IMG/VR virus record: IMGVR_UViG_2850802633_000004
Length of the DNA stretch: 41,734 bases
Source of the DNA: a virus
Lineage: Duplodnaviria; Heunggongvirae; Uroviricota; Caudoviricetes
Strand: one strand, 5' to 3'
A model generated the notes under the pieces. It made no database searches. It had not been told where the DNA came from and saw nothing but the letters and a program-made list of their open reading frames with translations. The position numbers were made by a program, and so were the translations under genes. Below, piece by piece: positions 22,066-31,882 of the stretch (its first letter is position 1; the number at the start of each line of letters is the position of its first letter).

Positions 22066-22689
22066 TTATTCCACGATAAAATTCCTAACCGAATTCAAAT
22101 CCTTCAGACTATTCAGCTCTTCCTTCAGCTCCCGCTGACGGCGATAAATCTCATCGTTGCGATCGACCTGCGCCTGCACCATTGCTGCCGCCAGTTCTTC
22201 CAGTTCCGGCATCGACAGTTTCACCTGCTGATTATCGGCATCGCTCCACGCCATATGTGTTTGTGCTGTGACAGATTTTGCCAGCATGACTACCGGGGAC
22301 AGGCGGCCCAGTGAGTCGGGACCAGCATTCCAGATACGACCGTTCCATTCAAACGTGAACAGCTTCGCCTCCTGTTCTGCGCGCCATGCTTCAATTTCCT
22401 GACGTCTGGCCTCTCTGGCCGCTTCCAGCATTTCTGGTGTCACAGTGAATGGGGCTATCTCACCCCATTTGCCGCTTTGCAGTTCCTGCCAGATTTGCTG
22501 ACCCGTCGGAGCGACATCATCAGCGGTGGCTGTGTAGGGGACTGCCTGGTCCCTGTCGTCAAAAAAAACGTCACAGTCTACTGCGCCACTTTCGGTATAA
22601 CGGGGATTAATGATTTTTTTAATTTCCACGGTGCATTCCTCACGATGTGCGAATAAAAAGCCCGGGCATTGCGCCAGAGACATGAGCAT
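22066..22689 (-). CDS. Phage tail-region protein in tail-fibre-assembly position (207 aa), function unconfirmed
   Basis: Intact ORF directly downstream of side-tail-fibre gene; degraded paralogue at 4837..5462; does not match the lambda Tfa sequence I recall, so family is uncertain. Confidence 0.5.
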   Translation of the reverse strand: MLMSLAQCPGFLFAHREECTVEIKKIINPRYTESGAVDCDVFFDDRDQAVPYTATADDVAPTGQQIWQELQSGKWGEIAPFTVTPEMLEAAREARRQEIEAWRAEQEAKLFTFEWNGRIWNAGPDSLGRLSPVVMLAKSVTAQTHMAWSDADNQQVKLSMPELEELAAAMVQAQVDRNDEIYRRQRELKEELNSLKDLNSVRNFIVE

Positions 22690-22989
22690 CCGGCACCCCG
22701 GACAGGGCGCAATATGACCCCGGTAATGAATGCTCTGAACATCCCGTAATGAAAAATTGTGGGGATGCTATATACGTTCCGGTGGGAGTACTGGGCACTG
22801 AAATCCCCACCGGTCCCAGTCGTGAGCCTCTGTATGACTGCCCCCTGACAAGTCTGATGACTTTATCACCGTCAGCTTCTCCCTGGTACGCAGCAATAAT
22901 CAGCCCGCCAATGTCAGGGTCTCCCCATCTGTTGCGGACAGAGCTCGCCACGATTCTGTAAATAATATCTTCTGTGGTTATATTTATTT

Positions 22990-23825
22990 TCACCCAGTCA
23001 GTCTGGATATGGGCCAGTAGCGGTAGCGGGTGTGATAAATGGGGCCGTTAATGCCGTAAAAAGTAAGGGATTTGGCTCTGTACCGCGGTTCTGTTGTCTC
23101 AGGGCGTGCATCAGTCCACCGGATGCTGAGCACCCCTTCAAACCGTGTGTCGGGTATGATGATGCCGTAGGGGCCAGCAACGGAATATTCACCTGGCAGC
23201 GCATTCCTTACCCAGGCCAGGAAATCACTCTTAGTGTCAAAACGGATAACATCTTCAGGCAGAAAAGCACACCCAAAGCCGAATGCGCCGGGTATCGCCA
23301 GACGGCCTTTTGTCCGGTCGTAAATGTCGCTCTGTGCTTCCATCGTGGCCGCACTTTTCAGCCCCAGATTATCCCGGGACTTCTGTTGTGCCTTTTCGCC
23401 TGCTGCTGCGATTTCAGACAGATGGTTAGCCGTTTTCAGAGTGCCGGTCAGCGCAGCATCAATGTCATTTTTGGCCTGCTCTGCTGCGCCTGCGCCACCA
23501 TTTCCTCAAAGCGTTTGACGACATCTGGTTTCAGGTCGCCCTCATCAGGAGCAATCAGAAAGTCATTCAGCGTACCGGGCTTTGAGTCCTCATATACAGC
23601 AATGTCGCCAACGTTGTACTCGTTGTGCCAGTCCTGTTTCAGATACACACCATATTTTCCAGTCCGCGCATGGAAACAGTATTCACCATCGTTTCCTGTC
23701 ATCACATCAGCAACAGTGTGCATCACCACTTCCGGGGTGTTTACCCGGGATTTCAGAATAATATGGTATCCGGACATGGAGATACCTGCGCCATCAGTCA
23801 GCGCACCTGATATCACTACAGACAT
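22990..23825 (-). pseudogene. Side tail fibre protein (Stf-like), frameshifted
   Basis: N-terminus MSVVISGALTDGAG...VYEDSKPGTLNDFL resembles lambdoid Stf N-termini; frame shifts near 23470 and continues as AKNDIDAALTG...MEAQSDIYDR. Confidence 0.7.
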
Positions 23826-23848
23826 AGTTTTTCTCGCGATAAATTAAA

Positions 23849-24393
23849 TCAGGAAGAAATTTCCGGAGAAGCGGGCCATTCAATGGCGTTGTATGAGGTT
23901 TTATCAGTGATGACACTGAAATCCATCGCCTGCAGCGATTTCGCGTAAATGCGGTACGCTTTCAGTTTTTCCCGGTCTTCGTCGCTGATTAGCCCCAGCA
24001 ACAGGTCTTCTTCCCATTCCCCTGTCCGGGCACTGACCTGAGCCAGAAGGGCATCACGCTCATCTTCCGCTTTGAGTCTGTAGTCAAAGACAAATTCATC
24101 ATTGCGGTAAAACCAGTAACCCGGCGCGGTAATGCGGCGGTTGGCGGTAATATCAGGAACTTCAATAACACTGGCGTTACGGGGTTCAATGCCTGTCACA
24201 TCCTTACCGACCCACACCACGCGACCGTCTCCGGTGTAAGTTATTTTAATTGTGTCCTGGCGAAATTCTTCAGCTCTTCATACCAGTTTTTTCCGTCTTC
24301 TGAAAAAAGCCAGGTGACCGAATATCGTTTTGTCATCTGATATTGTTCTGCTGTTTTCGGATTACCCGTAGTAATATTTTTTAAATGCAACAT
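23849..24393 (-). pseudogene. Tail fibre assembly protein, P2 gpG-like, frameshifted
   Basis: N-terminus [22 protein letters not shown]...WYEELKNF then stop; downstream frame has VIEVPDITANRR matching the gpG motif I recall. Confidence 0.7.
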
Positions 24394-24416
24394 TGTTAAA
24401 TACTCGCTACGTTATA

Positions 24417-24769
24417 CTAGGTGCCATTAATCAGTTTTTGCAGTGGTCGGTAATACACACCGTCAACGTTATCCGCTGAGTTACGGCCGGTATCCGATAT
24501 CGCCATCCCTGACAGCCCGTGTCCCGAAGGTGCGCAAAATCTCCACGAAACGGTGTTACTGCCGGGGCTGTAATACATTTCATGGCCATACCGTACATCC
24601 TGTACCCCCTCTGTTCGATATTTATAGCGGGCATCGAAGTTTCCGTAATTTAACGGAATTACCTGTCCGTTAACAGTGAACACTATGCTGTTATCCGGGT
24701 TTCTCTGGCTGAAAAAATGCCAGCCTGAATCATCGCCAAGCTCTGCAACAACAGGCCTGGATGGATTAC
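24417..24769 (-). pseudogene. Tail fibre protein C-terminal fragment, truncated 5' by IS600 copy 3
   Basis: ORF reads out of the IS600 end into a Gly/Tyr/Asn-rich tail-fibre-like C-terminus directly upstream of the gpG-like gene. Confidence 0.5.
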
Positions 24770-25718
24770 TGAGGTGTACTGGCAATAGCGGACACTACCA
24801 TTTGTTCTTTTTTTAAGCAGTCATCTGATGATATTTTTCCCTGAAGGCTGCCGGGGAGATATTCCCCAGACGAGAGTGACGACGCTGACGATTGTAGAAA
24901 ATCTCAATGTATTCCCGTATTACTGAGATGGCTTCATCCCGGTTATTAAAACGATAGTGGCTCAGGCTCTCATTTTTCAGCGTTCCCCAGAAGCTTTCCA
25001 TCGGAGCGTTGTCGTAACAGTTACCTTTACGCGACATTGATGTTTTCAGACCAGACTGCTCCTGTATGACCCGGTAATCGTATGCGCAGTACTGTGAACC
25101 TCGATCAGAGTGGTGGATTAGCCCGGCAGGTGGGCGCTGGCTCCTGAGCGCCATAAACAGGGCTTTACCTGTCAGCTCTTTTGTCATGCGCTCTCCCATG
25201 GCGTAGCCGACAATTTCACACGTATAAACATCTTTGATGCCAGCGAGGTACAACCATCCCTCCTGTGTGGCAACATACGTCAGGTCCGCCACCCAGACCT
25301 GATTTGGTGCTGTAGGAGCGAACGTCTGGTTCAGCAGATTTGGCGCAACTGGCAGATTGTGGTTCGGGTTCGTAGTCGCTCTGAACTTGCGTTTCTGCTT
25401 ACAGCGTAGCCTCAGCTCCTTACGAAGACGTGCCAGTCGGTCACGACCAACGATGATGCCATTCTCTGCCAGCTCCGTCTGGAGCCGCCGGGTTCCATAT
25501 GTTTCGCGAGTGCGGATATGTGCCACCTTAATCTCCAGTTTTAGCCGCTCATCACTTTGTTTTCTGTCTGAGGGTTCATGCTGTACCCAGTTGTAATAAC
25601 CGCTCCTGGATACACCAAATACCTGACACATCGCTTCAATGGGAAATTGTTGTCGCCATTGTTCGATTAACGCGTATTTTTCAGCGACTCCTGTGCAAAA
25701 TACGCTGTTGCTTTTTTT
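24770..25718 (-). mobile_element. IS600 copy 3, truncated (orfA end missing) by IS1 copy A
   Basis: IS600 sequence from the orfB-side terminus runs to ...GCTGTTGCTTTTTTT then abuts the IS1 inverted repeat. Confidence 0.85.
24813..25631 (-). CDS. IS600 OrfB transposase
   Basis: 272-aa ORF. Confidence 0.85.
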   Translation of the reverse strand: MCQVFGVSRSGYYNWVQHEPSDRKQSDERLKLEIKVAHIRTRETYGTRRLQTELAENGIIVGRDRLARLRKELRLRCKQKRKFRATTNPNHNLPVAPNLLNQTFAPTAPNQVWVADLTYVATQEGWLYLAGIKDVYTCEIVGYAMGERMTKELTGKALFMALRSQRPPAGLIHHSDRGSQYCAYDYRVIQEQSGLKTSMSRKGNCYDNAPMESFWGTLKNESLSHYRFNNRDEAISVIREYIEIFYNRQRRHSRLGNISPAAFREKYHQMTA

Positions 25719-25733
25719 GGTAATGACTCCAAC

Positions 25734-26237
25734 TTACTGATAGTGTTTTATGTTCAGATAATGCCCGATGACCTTGTCATGCAGCTCCACCGATTTTGAG
25801 AACGACAGTGACTTCCGTCCCAGCCTTGCCAGATGTTGTCTCAGATTCAGATTATGTCGCTCAATGCGCTGAGTGTAACGCTTGCTGATAACGTGCAGCT
25901 TTCCCTTCAGGCGTGATTCATACAGCGGCCAGCCATCCGTCATCCATACCACGACCTCAAAGGCCGACAGCAGGCTCAGAAGACGCTCCAGTGTGGCCAG
26001 AGTGCGTTCCCCGAAGACGTGCGCCACAACCGTCCTCCGTATCCTGTCATACGCGTAAAACAGCCAGCGCTGACGTGATTTAGCACCGACGTAGCCCCAA
26101 TGTTCGTCCATTTCAGCGCAGACAATCACATCACTGCCCGGTTGTATGCGCGAGGTTACCGACTGCGGCCTGAGTTTTTTAAGTGACGTAAAACCGTGTT
26201 GAGGCCAACGCCCATAATGCGTGCGCTGGCGCGACAT
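25734..26237 (-). CDS. insB: IS1 InsB (expressed as InsAB' by frameshift)
   Basis: 167-aa ORF. Confidence 0.85.
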   Translation of the reverse strand: MSRQRTHYGRWPQHGFTSLKKLRPQSVTSRIQPGSDVIVCAEMDEHWGYVGAKSRQRWLFYAYDRIRRTVVAHVFGERTLATLERLLSLLSAFEVVVWMTDGWPLYESRLKGKLHVISKRYTQRIERHNLNLRQHLARLGRKSLSFSKSVELHDKVIGHYLNIKHYQ

Positions 26238-26431
26238 CCGACGCCATTCATGGCCATATCAATGATTTTCTGGTGCGTACCGGGCTGAGAGGCGGTGTAA
26301 GTGAACTGTAGTTGCCATGTTTTACGGCAATGAGAGCAGAGATAGCGCTGATGTCCGGCAGTGCTTTTGCCGTTACGCACCACGCCTTCAGTAGCGGAGC
26401 AGGAAGGACATCTGATGGAAATGGAAGCCAC
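26156..26431 (-). CDS. insA: IS1 InsA
   Basis: 91-aa [25 protein letters not shown]... Confidence 0.9.
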   Translation of the reverse strand: MASISIRCPSCSATEGVVRNGKSTAGHQRYLCSHCRKTWQLQFTYTASQPGTHQKIIDMAMNGVGCRASARIMGVGLNTVLRHLKNSGRSR

Positions 26432-26486
26432 GCAAGCACCTTAAAATCACCATCATACACTAAATCAGTAAGTTGGCAGCATTACC

Positions 26487-26660
26487 CGCGTTAAGTTCTT
26501 CGAGCATCTTACGAATATCACGAAGGACATTTCGGTGCTCCTTGCCTGTCAGCTCAGCAATTTCAACTGAGGTCATGGACACAAGCTGGTCGAGGTTAAT
26601 GATGCTGATTTCTTGTTGTGGTTGTTGTGGTTGTTGTGGTTGTTGTGGTTGTTGAGACAT
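26487..26660 (-). pseudogene. Rha/antirepressor-like phage regulatory protein, N-terminal 58 codons only (truncated by IS1)
   Basis: MSQQPQQPQQPQQPQQEISIINLDQLVSMTSVEIAELTGKEHRNVLRDIRKMLEEL; RBS AAGGAAA upstream. Confidence 0.6.
26614..26652. repeat. 9-bp tandem repeat (CAACAACCA, about 4.5 units) encoding (QQP)n
   Basis: Read directly: TTGTTGTGG repeated on plus strand. Confidence 0.8.
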
Positions 26661-26811
26661 CGCTTGATTTCCTTTTTGTTTGCACCCTGAAGTCGCACCC
26701 CCACTGACCTACTCAAAGTCCCCAAGCGAAGGGAGACCAGCAGGACAACAGGATGCAAACAGAATGACTTTGAGATTGAATACTATGATGATGACGATGT
26801 AGCTGTGCGGA

Positions 26812-27052
26812 GCTACTGGGAGGGTCTCTCTAGGAGCCACTCTAGGGTCTCTCTAGGGTCTCTCTAGGCATCAGGCTATACGAAACTACAGGGCATCCTA
26901 AAGAATGACGTACAGGGCCATAGAGGACCATAGAGGACCATAGAGGGCCATAGAGTTAGCTTCTGGGGGTAATGCCTAGAGGAGACCCTAGAGAGACCTA
27001 TAGAGAGACCATAGAGAAGACCTATAGAGAGACCCTAGAGAAGACCTATAGG
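26812..27052. repeat. Array of short direct repeats (CTAGAGAGACC / CCATAGAGG types) in non-coding DNA
   Basis: Read directly; 3x TAGGGTCTCTC, 4x CCATAGAGG, several CCTAGAGAGACC variants; no ORF over 60 aa. Confidence 0.8.
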
Positions 27053-27094
27053 TTTGGTGATTGATTATTATAAATATCATCACCCCTTAAGGTA

Positions 27095-27240
27095 TTCCCT
27101 TAGAGTTAATCTTTAATTGGTCTTTAATTAAATCTTTTATTTAATACTTAAAGTTAATCTCTAATTGTGTCTTTAAGTTAACTTTAAGTAATACTATAAG
27201 TTAATCTTTAATTGTGTCTTTAAGTTAACTTTAAGTTAAG
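27095..27240. repeat. AT-rich repeat array (CTTTAAGTTAA type) with a 37-bp unit duplicated
   Basis: GTTAATCTNTAATTGTGTCTTTAAGTTAACTTTAAGT occurs twice (about 27152 and 27200). Confidence 0.8.
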
Positions 27241-27433
27241 CCCCTGTAGGGACTAGAGACCATAATTAAGATGATTGTGTCTTATTGCTATTCACTTATC
27301 GACTGACCCAGAGCACACAGGAAGCATTCACTTTAAGTAGAACGCTTGGTGTCTGTAATTGGTCATCCCGCCCCTGAAAGGATGCGATAAGTTACGGTTA
27401 GTTGTCCTAGAAGAGAAAACTTTTTGTGTCCCT

Positions 27434-27456
27434 TCTCCCTATAGTGAGTCGTATTA
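27434..27456 (-). promoter_or_regulatory. T7-class phage RNA polymerase promoter, 23/23 match to TAATACGACTCACTATAGGGAGA
   Basis: Minus-strand sequence is the exact T7 consensus promoter; predicted transcription runs toward lower coordinates into the repeat arrays and Rha-like gene. Confidence 0.8.
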
Positions 27457-27543
27457 ATTATCCTTGACAAGTAGAGAAAACTATGAGTCAAAAACATGAC
27501 CACACAGGTCTGTAGTAAGTGTCATCCTAGACTATGGTCTCCT

Positions 27544-29148
27544 CTAGGTCTCCTTATAAACATCAGCCATCACATTGACCAGCCTATCAACCTCGACCTC
27601 TTTAGCATAACGGTCGTACGTAATAGACCCTGAACTATGCCCCATGATCGCCTGTGCATACGCCAACTCGACCCCATGTTGTTTTAACTGGGTCGCAACT
27701 GTATGTCTAAACGAGTGAAACGCTAAGCCGCTACGGTCTACGAGGACTTTAGGCAACAACGTCCGATTAAACCATTTACTCACCTGCTCACCGTAACCGT
27801 TCTTCATGAGACGCAGACCATCGAACACCATAGCGTCATCACCGTCAGCGCCTCTACGGGTCTCTACAAGCGCCATAAAGTCAGCCAATATAAAACCATA
27901 GGCCCCATCGACCAGAGGCACACAGCGGTCACTATGAGCGTTCTTGATGCTCTTACCGGGTAGACTACTATCGTCTTCATTGATATGAATATAAACGGTT
28001 CCCGCCTCAGTGGTCCTGACGTCTTTGACCTGTAGTTGGGCTATTTCATTGAGTCTCGCCCCAGTGATAGCAGCCAAGGCGGTAACATAATAATGATACG
28101 GCTTACCAGAGGTCTTCTGAGAGTATGCCTTAGCTGCGACCAGTAGTTGCCCCACCTGCTCCGTAGAGAAGGCGTTACGGGCCCCTGAGGCTTTACGCTG
28201 AGGGACTTTAAGCTCCAGACCCTCAGTCATGTTCTTTTTAATCAAGTCATTGCGCACAGCCCACCTAAAGACAGCAGCCATCTTAATAAGATACTTGTTG
28301 TTGATGGTAACGACATCCAGACAATCTGTCTTATCTTCACGGCTCAACAGGTCAGCAAGTGGGACATCCTTGAAGCGCTGCTTACGGTTCCTAGGTAACT
28401 GCTGGAGCACATCACGGACCCTAAGCATGTCAGCCCTGTTAGCGTCTGCATTGAGACCCAGATGGTCGAATATTTCGATTAACGCAGCGTGTGACGCCTT
28501 GTTTTCCCTTAAGGTTGCAGGCTTCCAGTTCTGATAGTTCTCCGCTTCGTATTGCTCAAAGAGGCTCGCTATGGTAATGCTAGGCGTAACTTCTGGTTTT
28601 ACTTCTGGAGCATTAACAGATAGGGACACAGAGTCTGCTTGGTTATCTTGCCTATCAATATCATTAAAAAGATCGACGTAATCTATCAGAGGCTGACTGT
28701 CTCCCGCTTCGATACGCCTCATACAGGCTTTTAGCACCTTCAGGGCCTCATTGATGTAACGATGCTGGTCAATGCTTAGCGGCTCACTAGCCAGAGCATC
28801 GGTAAGGCTCTCACCAAGTTCTCCGTATTGGTCCCGGTAGATATCCCTCATGTCAGGCTCAAAGAGATCTGAACGGCCCATAGACAGTTCACACTCAGCG
28901 ATGTCCTTAAGGTGTTCCCTCATTTCCTCGTAGGTAGCGTTGGGTCTGTCTGCGTGTATTGCCTTGAGTGCTGCCTTTATGTGCCTTGAGTAAGCCATAG
29001 CGGTGCGTCTATCCTTGGTCCGTAATGATATTGAGGTCATTCTATCATTGTTTGATTGTCTGACCCTAAGACGGAAGTAGTAGACGCCGTTACGCTGGTA
29101 GAGATAGTAGACTGCTGGAAGTTTGTGACTACTGGATAGCTGAATCAT
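27544..29148 (-). CDS. Large tyrosine recombinase/integrase (534 aa)
   Basis: Catalytic motifs ITGARLNE (Arg), HSFRHTVAT (His-x-x-Arg), HSSGSITYDRYAK (Tyr); start 115 bp downstream of tRNA-Gly 3' end. Confidence 0.85.
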   Translation of the reverse strand: MIQLSSSHKLPAVYYLYQRNGVYYFRLRVRQSNNDRMTSISLRTKDRRTAMAYSRHIKAALKAIHADRPNATYEEMREHLKDIAECELSMGRSDLFEPDMRDIYRDQYGELGESLTDALASEPLSIDQHRYINEALKVLKACMRRIEAGDSQPLIDYVDLFNDIDRQDNQADSVSLSVNAPEVKPEVTPSITIASLFEQYEAENYQNWKPATLRENKASHAALIEIFDHLGLNADANRADMLRVRDVLQQLPRNRKQRFKDVPLADLLSREDKTDCLDVVTINNKYLIKMAAVFRWAVRNDLIKKNMTEGLELKVPQRKASGARNAFSTEQVGQLLVAAKAYSQKTSGKPYHYYVTALAAITGARLNEIAQLQVKDVRTTEAGTVYIHINEDDSSLPGKSIKNAHSDRCVPLVDGAYGFILADFMALVETRRGADGDDAMVFDGLRLMKNGYGEQVSKWFNRTLLPKVLVDRSGLAFHSFRHTVATQLKQHGVELAYAQAIMGHSSGSITYDRYAKEVEVDRLVNVMADVYKET

Positions 29149-29262
29149 ATGTCTGTATGCCCTGAGAGGGTTACACAGTGGGTTACAGTAAGTAACTCTG
29201 CAAGGAGGCTTAAAGCCGTATCCCTTAGGATTCAGTAGGTTGGAGTACTTTAAGAAAGGTCA

Positions 29263-29337
<75 letters not shown>

Positions 29338-29340
29338 ATA

Positions 29341-29416
<76 letters not shown>

Positions 29417-29418
29417 GC

Positions 29419-29495
29419 TGGCCCACCACCGAGGACTCGAACCTCGCACCGTCAACTTAGAAGGTTGATGCTCTATCCGGATGAGCTAGTGGTGG
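29419..29495 (-). tRNA. tRNA-Arg (anticodon UCU)
   Basis: Hand-folded; acceptor CCACCAC/GTGGTGG, anticodon loop CTTCTAA, T-loop TTCGAGT, CCA end. Confidence 0.75.
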
Positions 29496-29496
29496 T

Positions 29497-29573
29497 TGGT
29501 GGCCCTTGCTGGACTTGAACCAGCGACCTGGCGATTATGAGTCGCTCGCTCTGACCAACTGAGCTAAAGGGCC
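29497..29573 (-). tRNA. tRNA with CAU anticodon (elongator Met or lysidine-modified Ile2)
   Basis: Hand-folded; acceptor GGCCCTT/AAGGGCC with G1-C72 pair (not initiator-like), anticodon loop CTCATAA, T-loop TTCAAGT, CCA end. Confidence 0.75.
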
Positions 29574-29661
29574 GGAGGCAGAATAATAACCATATGTCAT
29601 CACATCTGCAAACTCATCTGACCACCAGCGCGTTTAACGCCCTGTGCCATTTTTCAGGCAC

Positions 29662-29684
29662 AAAAAAACCCGCATAAAGCGGGT
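29662..29684 (-). terminator. Rho-independent terminator (ACCCGC-ataaa-GCGGGT followed by U7 on minus strand)
   Basis: Hairpin plus T-run read directly; lies between the ORF6N gene stop and the tRNA cluster. Confidence 0.6.
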
Positions 29685-30334
29685 TCTTTCAAGTGTCCAT
29701 GTCTGCTATTCGCCTCGCGATACAGCTTTGCGAAGCTTACCGGAATTGAAGCAGTTTATGTGCAAAAATGCAAGAACTTTTTTAAAGCTGCATCAACCTT
29801 TCCACCAGTTTATCTCTGCGAACAACAAACCAACCATTGGCTCTCGCCAGTTCCAGCCATGACTCAAGGGAAATAACAATATCATCATCCCGTAACTGAA
29901 TTGTGGAAACAGTGACACCGCCTCTCTGATAACAGAGAACTCGCGTGTCGTAACTTTTCTGGCATGAAACTGGCGTTGACGGATCCCTTTGACTGAAATA
30001 GCAGTCTTCCAGTTTTTCGAACACATCCCACGCCTGATCGGTTTCGAGCATTTTGCCGTGGCGTGCTGCGCCTCGTTCTGTCCAGAGGATGAGGGAGCGG
30101 GCTTTGGGTGAAACTGGATTTTGTGAGTAGTTTAAAGCGACCCGCAATTCTTTAAGGTCATTACCAACAACTTTGAAAAAGTGTTTCCCTTCAACGAAGC
30201 GTACTTTGTTCTCATGATGATTCTGGCGAATACGCACCGGCTCAGTGCCGTAAAGCTGCGCCAAAAGTTCGGTGGTAATAACAGGAATCTGTGAGGTGTA
30301 CTGGCAATAGCGGACACTACCATTTGTTCTTTTT

Positions 30335-31153
30335 TTAAGCAGCCATCTGATGATATTTTTCCCTGAAGGCTGCCGGGGAGATATTCCCCAGACGAGAGTG
30401 ACGACGCTGACGATTGTAGAAAATCTCAATGTATTCCCGTATTACTGAGATGGCTTCATCCCGGTTATTAAAACGATAGTGGCTCAGGCTCTCATTTTTC
30501 AGCGTTCCCCAGAAGCTTTCCATCGGAGCGTTGTCGTAACAGTTACCTTTACGCGACATTGATGTTTTCAGACCAGACTGCTCCTGTATGACCCGGTAAT
30601 CGTATGCGCAGTACTGTGAACCTCGATCAGAGTGGTGGATTAGCCCGGCAGGTGGGCGCTGGCTCCTGAGCGCCATAAACAGGGCTTTACCTGTCAGCTC
30701 TTTTGTCATGCGCTCTCCCATGGCGTAGCCGACAATTTCACACGTATAAACATCTTTGATGCCAGCGAGGTACAACCATCCCTCCTGTGTGGCAACATAC
30801 GTCAGGTCCGCCACCCAGACCTGATTTGGTGCTGTAGGAGCGAACGTCTGGTTCAGCAGATTTGGCGCAACTGGCAGATTGTGGTTCGGGTTCGTAGTCG
30901 CTCTGAACTTGCGTTTCTGCTTACAGCGTAGCCTCAGCTCCTTACGAAGACGTGCCAGTCGGTCACGACCAACGATGATGCCATTCTCTGCCAGCTCCGT
31001 CTGGAGCCGCCGGGTTCCATATGTTTCGCGAGTGCGGATATGTGCCACCTTAATCTCCAGTTTTAGCCGCTCATCACTTTGTTTTCTGTCTGAGGGTTCA
31101 TGCTGTACCCAGTTGTAATAACCGCTCCTGGATACACCAAATACCTGACACAT
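30335..31153 (-). CDS. IS600 OrfB transposase
   Basis: 272-aa ORF. Confidence 0.9.
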   Translation of the reverse strand: MCQVFGVSRSGYYNWVQHEPSDRKQSDERLKLEIKVAHIRTRETYGTRRLQTELAENGIIVGRDRLARLRKELRLRCKQKRKFRATTNPNHNLPVAPNLLNQTFAPTAPNQVWVADLTYVATQEGWLYLAGIKDVYTCEIVGYAMGERMTKELTGKALFMALRSQRPPAGLIHHSDRGSQYCAYDYRVIQEQSGLKTSMSRKGNCYDNAPMESFWGTLKNESLSHYRFNNRDEAISVIREYIEIFYNRQRRHSRLGNISPAAFREKYHQMAA

Positions 31154-31188
31154 CGCTTCAATGGGAAATTGTTGTCGCCATTGTTCGA

Positions 31189-31491
31189 TTAACGCGTATT
31201 TTTCAGCGACTCCTGTGCAAAATACGCTGTTGCTTTTTTTAATATATCTCGCTCAAGGCGAGCTTCATTTAACGCCTTACGCAGTTGCAGAATTTCAGAT
31301 TCCAGTTCAGCCACCGTGCGGGAACCAGGAGTACCGAGCCCTTTTCTGGCGGCGGTAACCCATTGTCCTAAAGTGCCTTCAGGAAGGGATAATCGGGAAG
31401 CGCCTTCACTGATCGAAAGTTGATTTTCAAGAACCGTTCTGACAGCTTCGGCTTTGAACTCTTTAGAGTAACGTTGGGTTTTTCTGCTCAT
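31189..31491 (-). CDS. IS600 OrfA
   Basis: 100-aa ORF. Confidence 0.9.
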   Translation of the reverse strand: MSRKTQRYSKEFKAEAVRTVLENQLSISEGASRLSLPEGTLGQWVTAARKGLGTPGSRTVAELESEILQLRKALNEARLERDILKKATAYFAQESLKNTR

Positions 31492-31769
31492 TATTAGCTC
31501 CTTCTGATGCCATTCTATTTCAGGAAGGAGTGTCCGTTAAACTCAGGCTACCTCACTGGTTATGGGTGATCGGGGAGAGAGTTTCAACAGAGATTTGAGT
31601 GGTCATAACGATAACTCCGTACATTTGGAAATTATCGCCACCGACGACGCCAATCGAACTGGTGGCGAACTGTGCAGGGTTGGCGTAACCGGGTACGGAA
31701 ACCGGCGAGCCTTTCGGCTCCCCCACACAGCCCGCCATAAATCGCGAATGTGACTGTGCAAACGATATG

Positions 31770-31791
31770 AAAAAAGACGCGGGCGCGTCTC
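31770..31791 (-). terminator. tR'-like intrinsic terminator downstream of Q (AGACGCG-cc-CGCGTCT + U6)
   Basis: Hairpin and T-run read on minus strand about 60 nt downstream of the putative PR' -10. Confidence 0.6.
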
Positions 31792-31852
31792 ATATCGCTC
31801 CGTAAACATCCGGGACGCCAATCCCGACGCCAGATTTTGCTGGCGCGTGAGG

Positions 31853-31882
31853 AATATAGCCCCGGATAACAGATTGAGTCAA
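31853..31882 (-). promoter_or_regulatory. PR'-like late promoter (-35 TTGACT, 18-bp spacer, -10 TATATT)
   Basis: Hexamers read on minus strand immediately after the Q-like gene stop; classic Q-PR'-tR' arrangement. Confidence 0.55.

Larger units (their letters stand above)
25719..26486 (-). mobile_element. IS1 copy A (768 bp), junction between truncated IS600 and truncated Rha-like gene
   Basis: Termini GGTAATGACTCCAACTTACTGAT ... ATCAGTAAGTTGGCAGCATTACC; insA and insB present. Confidence 0.9.
30292..31555 (-). mobile_element. IS600 copy 4 (1264 bp), 3-bp target duplication CTG
   Basis: Termini as other copies; CTG at 30289..30291 and 31556..31558. Confidence 0.9.
29782..31606 (-). pseudogene. 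ORF6N-domain (KilA-N/antirepressor-like) phage protein, interrupted after codon 17 by IS600 copy 4
   Basis: Frame continues across the IS: MTTQISVETLSPITHNQ | IPVITTELLAQLYGTEPVRIRQNHHENKVRFVEGKHFFKV... Confidence 0.6.

Noticed and set aside
23032-23847. 271-aa plus-strand ORF
   Set aside because: Lies antisense to the much better supported minus-strand tail fibre and assembly frames and has low-complexity Cys/Ser-rich composition; likely spurious
26812-27240. Short direct-repeat arrays that could be mistaken for a CRISPR array
   Set aside because: Repeat units are only 9-12 bp (or a single 37-bp duplication) with no regular 30-40 bp unique spacers and no cas genes nearby; better explained as phage genome-end-type repeats
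27434-27456. T7 promoter as cloning-vector contamination
   Set aside because: Flanking sequence shows no vector hallmarks (lac operator, polylinker, pET-type RBS) and is embedded in phage-like repeats next to an integrase and tRNAs; treated as native, though a database check is still needed
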